The notes under the pieces: generated by a model
Databases searched by the model: none
What the model saw: the letters and a program-made list of their open reading frames with translations, nothing else
Told to the model about the DNA's origin: nothing
Shown here: piece by piece, positions 53,878-64,000 of the stretch
Layout: each line of letters opens with the position of its first letter
How positions within the stretch are numbered: position 1 is the stretch's first letter
Assembly: GCA_963754925.1 (NCBI GenBank)
Contig: CAVWHX010000012.1
Span: forward strand, 1 to 64,000
Origin: an uncultured delta proteobacterium
GTDB lineage: Bacteria > Myxococcota > B64-G9
Length of the DNA stretch: 64,000 nucleotides
Direction of reading: 5' to 3'
Position numbers and translations under genes: made by a program

Positions 53878-55116
53878 ATGACTAGCTACGATGTGCTTGT
53901 TTTGGGGGCGGGACCGGCTGGATTGTTTACCGCTCTTAAGGCCACCGAAAAACTTTCCAATGTCTTAATTCTGGAGAAAATGCCCGCCGCAGGACGCAAG
54001 CTTTTGCTAACCGGTTCAGGTCAATGCAATTTCACTAACATTAGGCCGATTAGGGAATTTCTTAACGCTTATGGCGATCATGGCACCTTTTTAAAACCAG
54101 CCCTTTATCATTACACCAATCAGGATATTATCGCGTTTTTTAGACAACAAGGGGTTGAGGTAGAGGTCGTCTCAGAAAATGGTAAGGTTTTTCCTCAGTC
54201 ACGTCAATCCAAAGACATTCTCAAGGTACTATTGTCTGCCTGCCAAAAATGCTCCGTTGAGATTCGCTACCGACAAAAAGACATCCAGCTCCAACCGAAG
54301 CCGAACCATACCTTTAGCGTTTATTCTGCATCTAAAGAATACCTGGCTCACAACGTCGTCATTGCCACCGGTGGGAAATCGTATCCTGGCACCGGCTCTA
54401 CCGGCGATGGATACATCTTGGCACAGTCCGTAGGCCACTCCGTGGCGCCTCCTCGCCCCGGTCTGACTCCTTTTTTTATTAAGAACTTTTCTTTGGCTGA
54501 ATTAACCGGGATATCCTTTAAGGATCTGCGCGTCACCCTATGGCATAACGGGAAAAAGCTGAGATCTTCAAGCGGGGATCTGGTATTGACCCATCAAGGA
54601 ATATCCGGACCGGTTGTGCATAACTTGGCGCGCTTTGCCTGCAGTAACGACACGGTAACGCTCTCTTTTGTTGCTGGTGAAAATTCCGAAACATTCAAAC
54701 AAGAATGCCTGTCTGATATGGAAAAAAATGGAAAGCTTCAGGTAAAAACCTGGCTCAAGAAATACCAATTACCCTTGGCGTTATCCCATAAAATAATGAC
54801 GCTGGCCGAGGTTAAATCTGATGGTGTGTTGGCGCAACTCAGCCGGAAAAAACGGTTATCGCTGCTGCACCTGTTGACCGACTTTCCTCTGGAAATAGAA
54901 GCGTTGGGCGACTTCAGTATCGCTATGGTCACCTGCGGCGGTGTAGCCTTAGAAGAAGTAAACCCAAAAACCATGGAGTCCCGTTTGGTTAAGGGCTTGT
55001 ATTTTGTTGGTGAAGTGCTTGACGTTGATGGCGATAGCGGAGGCTATGATCTTCAAGCTGCTTGGTCAACCGCCGCATTGGCTGCTCATGCGATGACCAT
55101 GACCGGTTACTTCTGA
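53878..55116 (+). CDS. HI0933/BaiN family flavoprotein
   Basis: GAGPAG, GRKLL.TG.G.CN.TN, ATGGKSYP.TGSTGDG, VT.GGV and GGY.LQ.AW motifs. Confidence 0.92.
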   Translation: MTSYDVLVLGAGPAGLFTALKATEKLSNVLILEKMPAAGRKLLLTGSGQCNFTNIRPIREFLNAYGDHGTFLKPALYHYTNQDIIAFFRQQGVEVEVVSENGKVFPQSRQSKDILKVLLSACQKCSVEIRYRQKDIQLQPKPNHTFSVYSASKEYLAHNVVIATGGKSYPGTGSTGDGYILAQSVGHSVAPPRPGLTPFFIKNFSLAELTGISFKDLRVTLWHNGKKLRSSSGDLVLTHQGISGPVVHNLARFACSNDTVTLSFVAGENSETFKQECLSDMEKNGKLQVKTWLKKYQLPLALSHKIMTLAEVKSDGVLAQLSRKKRLSLLHLLTDFPLEIEALGDFSIAMVTCGGVALEEVNPKTMESRLVKGLYFVGEVLDVDGDSGGYDLQAAWSTAALAAHAMTMTGYF

Positions 55117-55160
55117 TCCAACAACAGCAGGATTATGAATAGAGGGTTTAGGGATGGAAC

Positions 55161-56471
55161 CTATTCAGCGCCCTTATTAGTGAGGCGAATAAGCGTGCCG
55201 TCGACGCCGGCGATCAGAATATCAACCGGATCGCAAACCCAGGTGGTAACCGTAGCACCGTTCGCGTCGGTGGTCGTGGTCGTGCGATCCGATAACGAAC
55301 GCGGAGTAGTGCCCCAAACAGCTTCTAGTCGGTTGGAGGTGATATCACCTAACGGACACAGCAAATTATCGTGATCAAAATACAGCGTGCCGTCCCAACC
55401 AACATATATTCGCCACGAGGTGGTCGGACGATCGGCCTCGGTCCCACCGACAGGAATATCTCCGCACTTTTCTTGGGAAAAGCTCCAACTCGAGCGTAGA
55501 TAGGTCGGGGGCAAATCGAGATTGAGAATACTCCAACTTCCTGATCTCCGATTTACGACCGTGCCCCCGTTGCCGACCGCATAAAGATCATCACCCGACT
55601 GACCCCATATCCCCTTCAGGTCAGTGGTTAAGCCTGGAACGACCACGCTTGTAGCGCTCAGGCCCGCACCGTCAATGCTCATGATCGTACCGATGTCACC
55701 CACAGCCACAAAGTCGCTGACACTCACGCCAAATACTCCATTGAGCTGGTCAGGGGTCCAGCGAAGGTATTCGGTGGTGGGTGGATTAGGAGGAGTGTGT
55801 TCCATCGTCACCTGCTGACGCATTTCTTCGAAAGTGTTTTTGGTGTTATCGTAGGCTACGATGAGACCATTGGCGCCGACCGCTATCACCGTTGGTTCGC
55901 TGGTTACGTCGGTGGGAGGAATGCCCCATATGTCATAAATATCGTCGGTGACAGCGCTCTCACTATTATCATTGGCCGGATCGGTGAAAAACACCAGCTG
56001 GCTCTGCCAGGTTGTCCCATTGAAACGGAGAATTACTCCATTCTCGCCGACCACGAACACATCTTGCCGCACTATGGCGCCGTTTGTATCTTTAAGCACG
56101 TAGCCCCAAACCCCGTAAAGGTTCTCAGAAGTACCCGAGTTCATATTCGTCCAGGCGTTGCCATCGAAATGTAAAATATTACCATTGAAACCAACTACAT
56201 AAATGTCTTCTGGTCCACTACCCCAAACATCCATCAGGTCATTGTTAGGGGTGTCGCCGGCGGTAAGTCCGGTTTGCTCGTTTTTCACTGTCCAAATTTG
56301 ACCCCATTCCTGCGCTGCCTGTTCGCAGGCGGTCAGGTTACCAGACCCGTCGGAAGTTGACCCACCATTATTGGAAGAATTGACTTTACTACAACAGACG
56401 ATAATACCAATTAGCACCAATTCTACAATTATACTTAAAATTGAAACGCGCCGCATGGTTTGCTCCAACAT
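55161..56471 (-). CDS. Putative lipoprotein with repeated L..VWG/VG..G.I blades (beta-propeller-like)
   Basis: Signal peptide with Cys; repeats LMDVWG, LYGVWG, IYDIWG, LNGVFG, LKGIWG and LEAVWG. Confidence 0.7.
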   Translation of the reverse strand: MLEQTMRRVSILSIIVELVLIGIIVCCSKVNSSNNGGSTSDGSGNLTACEQAAQEWGQIWTVKNEQTGLTAGDTPNNDLMDVWGSGPEDIYVVGFNGNILHFDGNAWTNMNSGTSENLYGVWGYVLKDTNGAIVRQDVFVVGENGVILRFNGTTWQSQLVFFTDPANDNSESAVTDDIYDIWGIPPTDVTSEPTVIAVGANGLIVAYDNTKNTFEEMRQQVTMEHTPPNPPTTEYLRWTPDQLNGVFGVSVSDFVAVGDIGTIMSIDGAGLSATSVVVPGLTTDLKGIWGQSGDDLYAVGNGGTVVNRRSGSWSILNLDLPPTYLRSSWSFSQEKCGDIPVGGTEADRPTTSWRIYVGWDGTLYFDHDNLLCPLGDITSNRLEAVWGTTPRSLSDRTTTTTDANGATVTTWVCDPVDILIAGVDGTLIRLTNKGAE

Positions 56472-56478
56472 ACTGTTA

Positions 56479-58077
56479 TTATTCTGTTAACTTAACGGTA
56501 ACGGTCTGTAACTGCCCTGATCGCACCGTTACTAAAATCACTCTTTCTATTTTAAGCTCTGGGTTAAAAAAACGCAACCTATGTTTCCCAGGACGAACAG
56601 GCACCTTGAAAAGCGGCGTCTCCTTTTCTAATCTCAGTCCATCGACTTCGACCAGCGCCCAGGGACTGGCATTGAGATTCAGGTACCCGAGGCGTGGCCG
56701 CGGGTCCCTATTGACAACTCCCCCATTATGGGGCGTTGCAACTGGTTGGATGGTCGAAGCCGTTGGCGCACTACCGGCTTCATTTGAACCATCGGGCGCT
56801 TTGAGAATCCCGTTGTCATTACTACCTGTTTTTGACGCGGCGTCTTCATTGATTTTTTTTATGATTTCGTTACGTACATCCGATTTCAAACCTGCATCAA
56901 TGTCCTGGGCCGATTCTGATCCTCTTAGAGCAATGCCAATCGCCACTGAAACAATTATCAAGGCTAATCCGAGAGGCATCAGCCACAATACGTTTCGTCT
57001 TGGTCGGGGTGGAGCGGTGTGCAGCTCAAGGGTGCCCAACTTGAGAATCTCCCCGGTAGAAAGTCCCGTCCGGATATCATCCTGCCGGTTTTTACCCAAC
57101 TGTTCACGGAGTTGATCGCCGACACTCCACCGGCGAGCCGGAAGATCGAACTCGGGGCCAAAGACCGTGCGCATCCAATCTGCGAACATAGCATACGAAA
57201 ATGCCGGCTCGCTTTCGTGGAGGATCCCCGTTAGGACCATTTGGAGGCTGCCGCACGTGTCGAAGCGAGACGCCCGATCGCTCGCGAGCATGCGCTGTAC
57301 TACCTGATCGAGCTCGGCACTAATCTCGGACCGTACGCGCGATGGCGGTGGCGTCTCAGCGGTGCGCACCCGTTGCAGCGTATCGATCTCGTTTACCCCT
57401 TCGAACGCGCGCCGGCCGGTGAGAAGCTCAAACAGCACCGCTCCGAGACTAAATTGGTCCGAGCGGCCGTCAAGCTCTCCACAGGCAGCCTGCTCCGGGG
57501 AGAGGTAGGCGGCCTTGCCGCGGATGATGCCCTGCGACGTCTCGTGTATTCGACTGTGAGCCTTGGCGATGCCAAAGTCGGTCAATTTTATTTCGCCGTG
57601 GAATCCCACGAGAATATTTTGCGGACTCACATCGCGGTGAATAATGCCGGTCGGTCGGTCGCTGGAATCACGAAAGCGGTGGGCGTAGTCCAAACCCTTG
57701 GCGACCTCGGCGGCAATATACAGCGCCACGGGAATGGGCATGAGCTCGTTGCGTTCTCTTAACCGATCGATGACGGTTTGAAGGTTGCTGCCGCGTACAT
57801 ACTCCATAGCGAGGAAGTAATCATCGCCCTCCTGACCAAACTCAAACACTTGGACGATGTTCCCATGCGTGAGCGGCAGACTGATACGAGCCTCATCGAT
57901 GAACATTGCGATGAATTCACGATTCTGCGCCAGGTGGGGCAGCACGCGCTTGATCACTAATTCCTTGGACGTGCCCTCCGCCGAACGCAGCTGGGCGCGA
58001 TAGATGTGCGCCATACCACCGGTGGCAAGGAGCTCAAGGAGATCATACCGACCAAATTTAATCGGGAAATTCTCCAT
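56479..58077 (-). CDS. Hanks-type Ser/Thr protein kinase with a TM segment and a PEGA-like C-terminus
   Basis: GGMA, HRDVSPQN, DFGIAK and YLSPEQ motifs; TM; PWA.V.VDG...TP. Confidence 0.92.
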   Translation of the reverse strand: MENFPIKFGRYDLLELLATGGMAHIYRAQLRSAEGTSKELVIKRVLPHLAQNREFIAMFIDEARISLPLTHGNIVQVFEFGQEGDDYFLAMEYVRGSNLQTVIDRLRERNELMPIPVALYIAAEVAKGLDYAHRFRDSSDRPTGIIHRDVSPQNILVGFHGEIKLTDFGIAKAHSRIHETSQGIIRGKAAYLSPEQAACGELDGRSDQFSLGAVLFELLTGRRAFEGVNEIDTLQRVRTAETPPPSRVRSEISAELDQVVQRMLASDRASRFDTCGSLQMVLTGILHESEPAFSYAMFADWMRTVFGPEFDLPARRWSVGDQLREQLGKNRQDDIRTGLSTGEILKLGTLELHTAPPRPRRNVLWLMPLGLALIIVSVAIGIALRGSESAQDIDAGLKSDVRNEIIKKINEDAASKTGSNDNGILKAPDGSNEAGSAPTASTIQPVATPHNGGVVNRDPRPRLGYLNLNASPWALVEVDGLRLEKETPLFKVPVRPGKHRLRFFNPELKIERVILVTVRSGQLQTVTVKLTE

Positions 58078-58254
58078 AGTATCAGAATACCATGCTGGTT
58101 CCCGGCACGCCAAAAGTAGACAAAAAAATCTATCGATGTATACTGGCTCGCGCGTATCAACGGCACTCACCATACGTACAAAGTAGGCGGCGGGAGGCTA
58201 TTTTCGGAACCCTATTGAAACACAGTAAGCAATCCTAACTATCAAGGAGGGCGC

Positions 58255-58542
58255 GTGGCCGACATATACAATCTCACCCCTTATTTTTGCGCTCGCCAAA
58301 TGGCGCACCAGTTGCTCCAACGTCAAGGGGCAGATTTCTTTGCGCTCTCAGAACGAGATGCGCCTGCTTTTCGACTAGATCCGCATAAGATCGATTGGGT
58401 GGTGAACTCGGCTGCCGATACCGCCCGCAGAGTTGCCCCCAATCTTCCTACCAGCGCGCATGATTTAGACGTATGCCGAGAAAGGCTCCAGAACGATCTG
58501 CTCCGGAAATTCGTCGCCAGTCACCTCCATATACCTCGGTGA
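58255..58542 (+). CDS. Hypothetical protein
   Basis: GTG start after an AGGAGG RBS; fills the gap between flanking genes. Confidence 0.5.
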   Translation: MADIYNLTPYFCARQMAHQLLQRQGADFFALSERDAPAFRLDPHKIDWVVNSAADTARRVAPNLPTSAHDLDVCRERLQNDLLRKFVASHLHIPR

Positions 58543-58551
58543 CCGCGCCGG

Positions 58552-60087
58552 TTAAATCATTCCAAACGGTGTGAGTGGATTCCGTCGACTTGACAACTCG
58601 GCATAGGGATCGTTCTGAAGTTGGTACTGTTTATCCATTTCGATGACAAAAACCGCAACAATGCGAGGATCGAACTGGGTGCCGGCGCATCGTTTGAGTT
58701 CAGCGATAGCGATTTCGTTTGAAAGCGCCTTCCGGTAGGCGCGATCGGATGTCATGGCATCATACGTATCGGCTACGGCCAAGATTCTGGCCTCGAGCGG
58801 AATTTGTTCTCCCTTGAGCCCCAGGGGGTACCCGCTGCCGTCATATTGCTCATGGTGGTGAAAGATAGCCGGGACAATCTCGCGCAAAAATTCGATCGGC
58901 TCGATAATGCGCCGGCCCTTGTCGGGGTGTTCTTTAAAAACTTCATACTCTTCGCGGGTGAGTTTTTGCGGTTTATTCAATGAGTCGAGCGGGATACCGA
59001 TCTTGCCAATATCATGCATCAAAGCGGCCGTGCTAAGCTTCTGTTGCTGCTCGTTGTTGAAGTTCAACCCCTGGGCAATCAACCCGCAATAGTGCATGAC
59101 TCGGTCGGAATGGCCGTGGGTGTACGGATCCTTGGCTTCCATCGCCCTGGCAAAGCCTTGAATAGTTTGCTGAAAACTGTCCTGAAGGTTTTGGAAAAGC
59201 CGAGCGTTGTCTATCGCCGATGAGGCCCGGTCGGCGAGGATGCTCAACATTTTCCGCTGACCTTCGCTAAATTTATTGCCGCGCGTATACGAAAAAACGC
59301 TGAGCATGCCAATTATTTCAAGCCGGATTTTAAGCGGCACGCTAATGAACGAAACTAGTCGCTGACCGGAAGGCAGCTTAGCGAAGAAACGACTGGCGCG
59401 GTTGCCATGGTAGAGCACCGGGCGGTCTTCGCGGAAGTGCTCGAGAATCTCAATCAGGTTGAGCTCCTCTTCCTCCTGACCGGGATCAAAACCCTCCCGG
59501 GCGCGACGGGTGCGTACCTCGAAAACGCTGTTGTTGGAATTGCTCAAGAGTAATGCTGCAATATCGGCGTGGGTCTCCCGCAAGGTGGTGGAAACAATGA
59601 TCTCGAGAATATTGTCGAGCGAGAGCGTTTTGGTCAGTGCTTCCGACATGGTATAGATCGAGAGCGCCTCACGCAGTTGGATGTTCTCCTGCTCGAGCCG
59701 CTGGGTTTCGAGCCCGCGCTGAACAATATGGATAACCTCTTGCACCTTGAAGGGCTTGAGGATGTAGTCATAGGCCCCTTTTTTCATCGCTTCGATGGCA
59801 GTCTCAACAGTCCCAAAGCCCGTCATGATCACCGTGAGCACCTTCAGAGCCCGACGGTTGATCTCTTCCAGCAACTCCAAACCACCCATACGGGGCATCT
59901 TGAGATCAGTGATCACCAAATTATAGGAGCGCTCTTCAAGTTCCTGGAGGGCCTGGATGCCGTCTTCGACCGTCCGAACGATGTACCCTTCCATTGTTAG
60001 AAAGTCGCTGAGGATTTCCCGGATAACCTTTTCGTCATCCACTACCAAGACCCGATGGGATTCTTCATGAAAACTATATTCCACCAT
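58552..60087 (-). CDS. REC-GAF-HD-GYP cyclic dinucleotide phosphodiesterase
   Basis: VDDE, DLKMP and KPF receiver motifs; GAF; YT.GHS.RV, HDIGK, HHE.YDGSGYP and SDRAYR. Confidence 0.92.
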   Translation of the reverse strand: MVEYSFHEESHRVLVVDDEKVIREILSDFLTMEGYIVRTVEDGIQALQELEERSYNLVITDLKMPRMGGLELLEEINRRALKVLTVIMTGFGTVETAIEAMKKGAYDYILKPFKVQEVIHIVQRGLETQRLEQENIQLREALSIYTMSEALTKTLSLDNILEIIVSTTLRETHADIAALLLSNSNNSVFEVRTRRAREGFDPGQEEEELNLIEILEHFREDRPVLYHGNRASRFFAKLPSGQRLVSFISVPLKIRLEIIGMLSVFSYTRGNKFSEGQRKMLSILADRASSAIDNARLFQNLQDSFQQTIQGFARAMEAKDPYTHGHSDRVMHYCGLIAQGLNFNNEQQQKLSTAALMHDIGKIGIPLDSLNKPQKLTREEYEVFKEHPDKGRRIIEPIEFLREIVPAIFHHHEQYDGSGYPLGLKGEQIPLEARILAVADTYDAMTSDRAYRKALSNEIAIAELKRCAGTQFDPRIVAVFVIEMDKQYQLQNDPYAELSSRRNPLTPFGMI

Positions 60088-60326
60088 TAACCCGTTTCTC
60101 GCCCACCTATCATCCCAAAAAACTTATTGGCGGGCTGAAATAGGAGACCTATGAACACTCATCTACTTAAGTTTACCAAATATGCTCTTTTTCGCAAGTG
60201 TATTTCCATGATAGTGCGCTTCGAAAAACGCCCAAAAATTATATACCAGTAGACAACACCGCGACACGTTAGGCAAATTTTTACTACTTAAAGTCGCGCG
60301 AGCGCGGGGCATGGGAACGAATTTGA

Positions 60327-60407
60327 AATCCCCTGCGGGGATTAGTGGTTGTTGCTGAACAAAGTGAAGCTTACAACCACTTATCCCTTTAGGGATAAGA
60401 GGCTCTA
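60327..60407. repeat. Palindromic element, TATCCCTTTAGGG family
   Basis: AATCCCC/GGGGATT, AGTGGTTGT/ACAACCACT and CTTATCCCTTTAGGGATAAG hairpins in series, ending at the dnaE2 stop. Confidence 0.8.
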
Positions 60408-63400
60408 ATGGAAGTCGTGCGAACAGGGGGCCGGTATCGGTTCTCTCAATTCGCAAACGCTCTCGGCCCGCAGATTGGTAACGCCGTCCCTTCGTTGGAG
60501 TCGGCCCTCGACCAGCAAACCCATGGCGGTAACAATCAACGCCCGCTGGCTTTCAAACAATGCCGGGTTAATGACCACGTTGCAAAGCCCGCTTTCGTCC
60601 TCAAGGGTCAGAAAGCACATGCCCTTGGCGGTGGGTGGCCGTTGGCGGGTGATCACGACGCCGGCCACCCGTACCCGCGAGCCGTCGGCCTGTTGCGTGA
60701 GCGCCGCCGCCGGCAACACCCCCTGTCGATGGAGCTGCGACCGTAGATGGGCAAGCGGGTGTGGACCCACGGTCAGACTCGCATGCTGGTAGTCAGCCGC
60801 CGTGCGTTCGGCCGCGCTCATCTCTGGCAGCGGACAGCGATCCGCCGAGGGCGGCAAACGCTGCAGCAGCCCCCGCCCGCTATCGTCAAACGCCGCCACC
60901 TGCCACAGCGCCTCCCGGCGCCGCAACCCGAAGCTGCCGAAGGCCCCGAGCTCGGCCAATGTCATACGTTCGTTTTCTTGCAGGCGACAGCGGCGCTGGA
61001 ACTCGGCCAGGTCGCGAAACGGTCCGCGCCGCTGCTCCTCTTCGATGCGTTCTCCCGCTTGCCGACGCAGCCCGGCCACAAACCGCAGGCCAAGCCGCAC
61101 GGCTCGATCCGGATCGATCCGGCACAGCCAACCCGAATGCGCTACATCAAGAGGTCGCATCGCTTGGCCGTGGCGCTGAGCATCCTTGACGATCGTGGCC
61201 GGGTGGTAAAAGCCCAGCGGCCAGGCATTGAGCAGGGCGCAGGTAAAAGCCGCCGGATGATGCGCCTTCAAATAGGCCGAGGCATAGACCAGCAGGGCGA
61301 AGCTGGCCGCGTGCGATTCGGGAAACCCGTACTTGCCCAGGAAACTTACGATCTGCTCGACGATCTCGTCGGCCGCCGCGCCTGCGATCCCGTGGTCGGA
61401 AAGCCCCGCCCGCAGGGCCTGCTCGTGCCGCTGATACCGGCGGCTCGTGCGCCATTTCATGGCCCGGCGCAGCTCTTCCACCTGGGCCACGTTAAAGCCG
61501 GCTGCGGCCATGGCCATGCGCATGACTTGCTCCTGAAAGATCGGCACCCCGAGGGTGCGCGCCAAAATCGGCTCCAGACAGGGGTGGGTGTAGCGTACCG
61601 GCTCGCGGCCGGCGCGCCGCTGGAGGTAGGGATGCACCATCTTGCCGCCGATTGGTCCCGGCCGGATCAGCGCCACCTCCACTACCAAATCATAAAAGCA
61701 CCGCGGGCGCAGGCGCGGTAGGGTGTTCATCTGGGCGCGGCTCTCCACCTGAAACACGCCAACCGTATCCGCCCGCCGCAACATGGCGTAGACCTTCGGG
61801 TCATCCGCAGGCAGGTGGGCCAGATCCAGATCGACTCCCTCATGGGCCACAACCAACGGCACGGCCTGCGTGAGGAGGTTCAACATTCCCAACCCCAGCA
61901 GGTCCACCTTGATCAGCCCCAGGTCGGCGCAGTCGTCCTTGTTCCACTGAACCACGCTACGGCCCGGCATACTGGCCGGCTCGAGCGGCACCACCTCGTC
62001 CAGTCGGCCGGCCGCCAAAACCATGCCGCCGCTGTGCTGGCCGAGGTGGCGCGGGAGGTCTACGATCGCAGCGCACAGCTCAAGCAGTTGCCGCACCCGC
62101 GGCTCGGCACTATCCAACCCGGCCGCGGCCGCGCCCTCCGCAAGCGATCCGTGCCGGCCGGACAGCGCCAGCATGCGCGCCAGGCGCGGTTCCGGCAATC
62201 CCAGCACCTTGCCGACCTCGCGCACCGCCAGGCGCTCTTGATAGGTAATCACGTTGGCGGTCATGGCCGCACCGACCGCGCCATAGCGCCGGTAGACGTA
62301 CTGAATCACCTCCTCGCGGGGATCGCCGGAAGGCAGGTCTAGATCGATATCGGGCCATTGCCCACGCTCCTCGGACAGAAAACGCTCGAACAACAAATCC
62401 ATCCCGACCGGATCGACGGCGGTTATCCCCAAGCTGTAGCACACGGCGCTGTTGGCGGCCGAGCCGCGGCCCTGCACCATGATGCCGCGTTCGCGGCAAA
62501 AGCGGCAGATATCCCAAACCACCAGAAAGTAGCCGGCCAGATCGAGCTTGGCGATGAGTTGCAGCTCCTTGGCAAGCTGCTCGGCGTGGCGCGGTTGGAG
62601 CGGCCGGTAGCGCCAGCGCGCGCCTTCTTGGACCAGCCGGTGGAGAAAACTAAAGGGCGTTTCATTGGCCGGGACCGGGTAATCCGGAAAGCGGTAGCCA
62701 AGCTGCGCGAGGGTAAACTCGCAGCGTTCGGCCACCCGCCGGGTGTTGTACAGCGCACCAGGGGCATCCGCAAAGAGCTGCGCCATGGCCGCGCCTGACT
62801 TGAGGTAGTGTTCGGCGTTGGCATGCAGCCGCGCGCCGGCGCGGTCCAGGGTAACCTTCTCGCGTAGGCAGGTAAACACGTCCAACACCCGCCGCCCGCT
62901 GGGGAGCGCATAGCGCACGTCGTTGCTGGCCAGAAGCGCAAGCCCAACGCTTTCGGCGACAGCGCGCCGGGCGTCGCTGCGTCGGGCCTCGGCGCGATCG
63001 AAGTGCCGGCCGAGCTCCACCCAGATATCCTGCGGACCAAAGCCGCGTCGCAGCGGGGCAAGCAGCTCGGTGACCGCCCCACTTACGCCGGTTGCAAGCG
63101 CGTGATCGATTAATCCGCCCGCCAAACACAGTAACCCCTTGGCATGCTCTTCCACCTGGGCCAGGGTCACTCGGCAACGCCCCTTGGGTTGATCGCGATG
63201 ACCGAGGGTAATCAGCCGGCACAGGTTGCGGTAGCCGATCCGATCCTTGACCAGTAACGAAATCCGCAAGAGATTGTTGTCGAGCGATTTGCCCCCGTCA
63301 GGGGGCGCGAGACTTACAAGCTCTTGTCCTCTGGACGGCGGCGCACCCATCCACACCTCGCCGTGCAACGCCAGATCGGCTCCTACCAAGGGACGGATAC

Positions 63401-63575
63401 CCACCTCTTGGCAGGCGCGGAAAAAGCGCGGCGCCCCGTACAGGCCGTCCTGATCGACGAGCGCCAGCGCCTCCATGCGAAGATCGGCCGCCACCTCCGC
63501 CAGCTCTTCGGGAGCAGAAGCCGCCGAAAGGAAACTAAACGCGCTCTTGCAGCACAGCTCGATATAGTCACTCAT
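60405..63575 (-). CDS. dnaE2: Error-prone DNA polymerase DnaE2 (ImuC)
   Basis: PHP domain, GRGSAANS, PDIDLD, HLGQHSGG, GFPESHAASF, RQRP.TAKG and C-terminal SHDFH. Confidence 0.95.
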   Translation of the reverse strand: MSDYIELCCKSAFSFLSAASAPEELAEVAADLRMEALALVDQDGLYGAPRFFRACQEVGIRPLVGADLALHGEVWMGAPPSRGQELVSLAPPDGGKSLDNNLLRISLLVKDRIGYRNLCRLITLGHRDQPKGRCRVTLAQVEEHAKGLLCLAGGLIDHALATGVSGAVTELLAPLRRGFGPQDIWVELGRHFDRAEARRSDARRAVAESVGLALLASNDVRYALPSGRRVLDVFTCLREKVTLDRAGARLHANAEHYLKSGAAMAQLFADAPGALYNTRRVAERCEFTLAQLGYRFPDYPVPANETPFSFLHRLVQEGARWRYRPLQPRHAEQLAKELQLIAKLDLAGYFLVVWDICRFCRERGIMVQGRGSAANSAVCYSLGITAVDPVGMDLLFERFLSEERGQWPDIDLDLPSGDPREEVIQYVYRRYGAVGAAMTANVITYQERLAVREVGKVLGLPEPRLARMLALSGRHGSLAEGAAAAGLDSAEPRVRQLLELCAAIVDLPRHLGQHSGGMVLAAGRLDEVVPLEPASMPGRSVVQWNKDDCADLGLIKVDLLGLGMLNLLTQAVPLVVAHEGVDLDLAHLPADDPKVYAMLRRADTVGVFQVESRAQMNTLPRLRPRCFYDLVVEVALIRPGPIGGKMVHPYLQRRAGREPVRYTHPCLEPILARTLGVPIFQEQVMRMAMAAAGFNVAQVEELRRAMKWRTSRRYQRHEQALRAGLSDHGIAGAAADEIVEQIVSFLGKYGFPESHAASFALLVYASAYLKAHHPAAFTCALLNAWPLGFYHPATIVKDAQRHGQAMRPLDVAHSGWLCRIDPDRAVRLGLRFVAGLRRQAGERIEEEQRRGPFRDLAEFQRRCRLQENERMTLAELGAFGSFGLRRREALWQVAAFDDSGRGLLQRLPPSADRCPLPEMSAAERTAADYQHASLTVGPHPLAHLRSQLHRQGVLPAAALTQQADGSRVRVAGVVITRQRPPTAKGMCFLTLEDESGLCNVVINPALFESQRALIVTAMGLLVEGRLQRRDGVTNLRAESVCELREPIPAPCSHDFH

Positions 63576-63778
63576 GGCATAACTTCGGCAAGCGGTAAGT
63601 ATTCCGTTTCGAGCAGTAGTAATGCCACGCGCCGGGTGACGCCGAGCAGGGGGCCCCCCGCCGGCGCGGAATCATCGCGTCTTTGCGATGATGAGCACCG
63701 CCGGGGGATGCAAGGCGGCAGGACCCGGCGAGCATCTTCAACCGAATGCTTACGTTTCATTAGTAAACAACTCCCTTT

Positions 63779-64000
63779 TCAGCCACAAATTCCATCCACA
63801 AACCAATCGCTCGTTTGGCGATCTTGATACAATCGGTACACCTCGCCGCCGGCGAGCTCTACCTCGTAGTAATCCCGATTGACGTTATCTTCCGCCCACC
63901 AGCCGCGCTCCACCCGCCATGGCCCGGCTGAAAAGCGCACCCGTCCCTGAATGTGTCCGCCCCGCAGGAGGACCGGCTGCGCGTGCTCCAACCATACCTG
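63779..64000 (-). CDS. imuB: 3' end of an ImuB-like protein (runs off the window)
   Basis: GPWRVERGWW, RDYY and WFVDG C-terminal motifs; lies upstream of dnaE2. Confidence 0.75.
   Translation of the reverse strand, partial: QVWLEHAQPVLLRGGHIQGRVRFSAGPWRVERGWWAEDNVNRDYYEVELAGGEVYRLYQDRQTSDWFVDGICG

Noticed and set aside
58552..60087. cGAMP-specific HD-GYP variant
   Set aside because: It retains the canonical RxxR (RAYR) motif, consistent with an ordinary c-di-GMP phosphodiesterase.

Overview
Chromosomal DNA from a bacterium that looks like Myxococcota or another deltaproteobacterial lineage. This is inferred from a myxobacterial-style Ser/Thr kinase, a protein with a PWYKxWWFW tail, and a MerR-like/sigma-region-4 gene pair. 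The housekeeping backbone carries DUF1015-serA-serC, fba, purDE, lptFG, an O-antigen ligase, dnaK, lon, groESL, relA/spoT, a four-subunit 2-oxoacid:ferredoxin oxidoreductase with icmF, an HD-GYP regulator and imuB-dnaE2. Several conserved genes, nearly all in the first 26 kb, carry 1-2 nt indels that look like long-read errors. The main discovery is that the 3' end of relA/spoT occurs three times (26011-26087, 41551-41634, 43788-43831). These copies delimit two tandem islands that have no integrase. Island A (about 15.5 kb, visibly GC-rich) is an uncharacterised biosynthetic-looking cluster. It has six cobalamin-binding radical SAM genes, a tandem flavodoxin-fold reductase, two GNAT-like proteins, a phosphatidylserine-decarboxylase-family enzyme, an M28 peptidase, a membrane protein and an unannotated 54-aa ORF. 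Island B (about 2.2 kb) carries an AbiEii/AbiEi pair and a probable toxin remnant with an HTH gene. Two families of palindromic intergenic repeats are also present. All functional calls come from motif recognition only; no searches were run.
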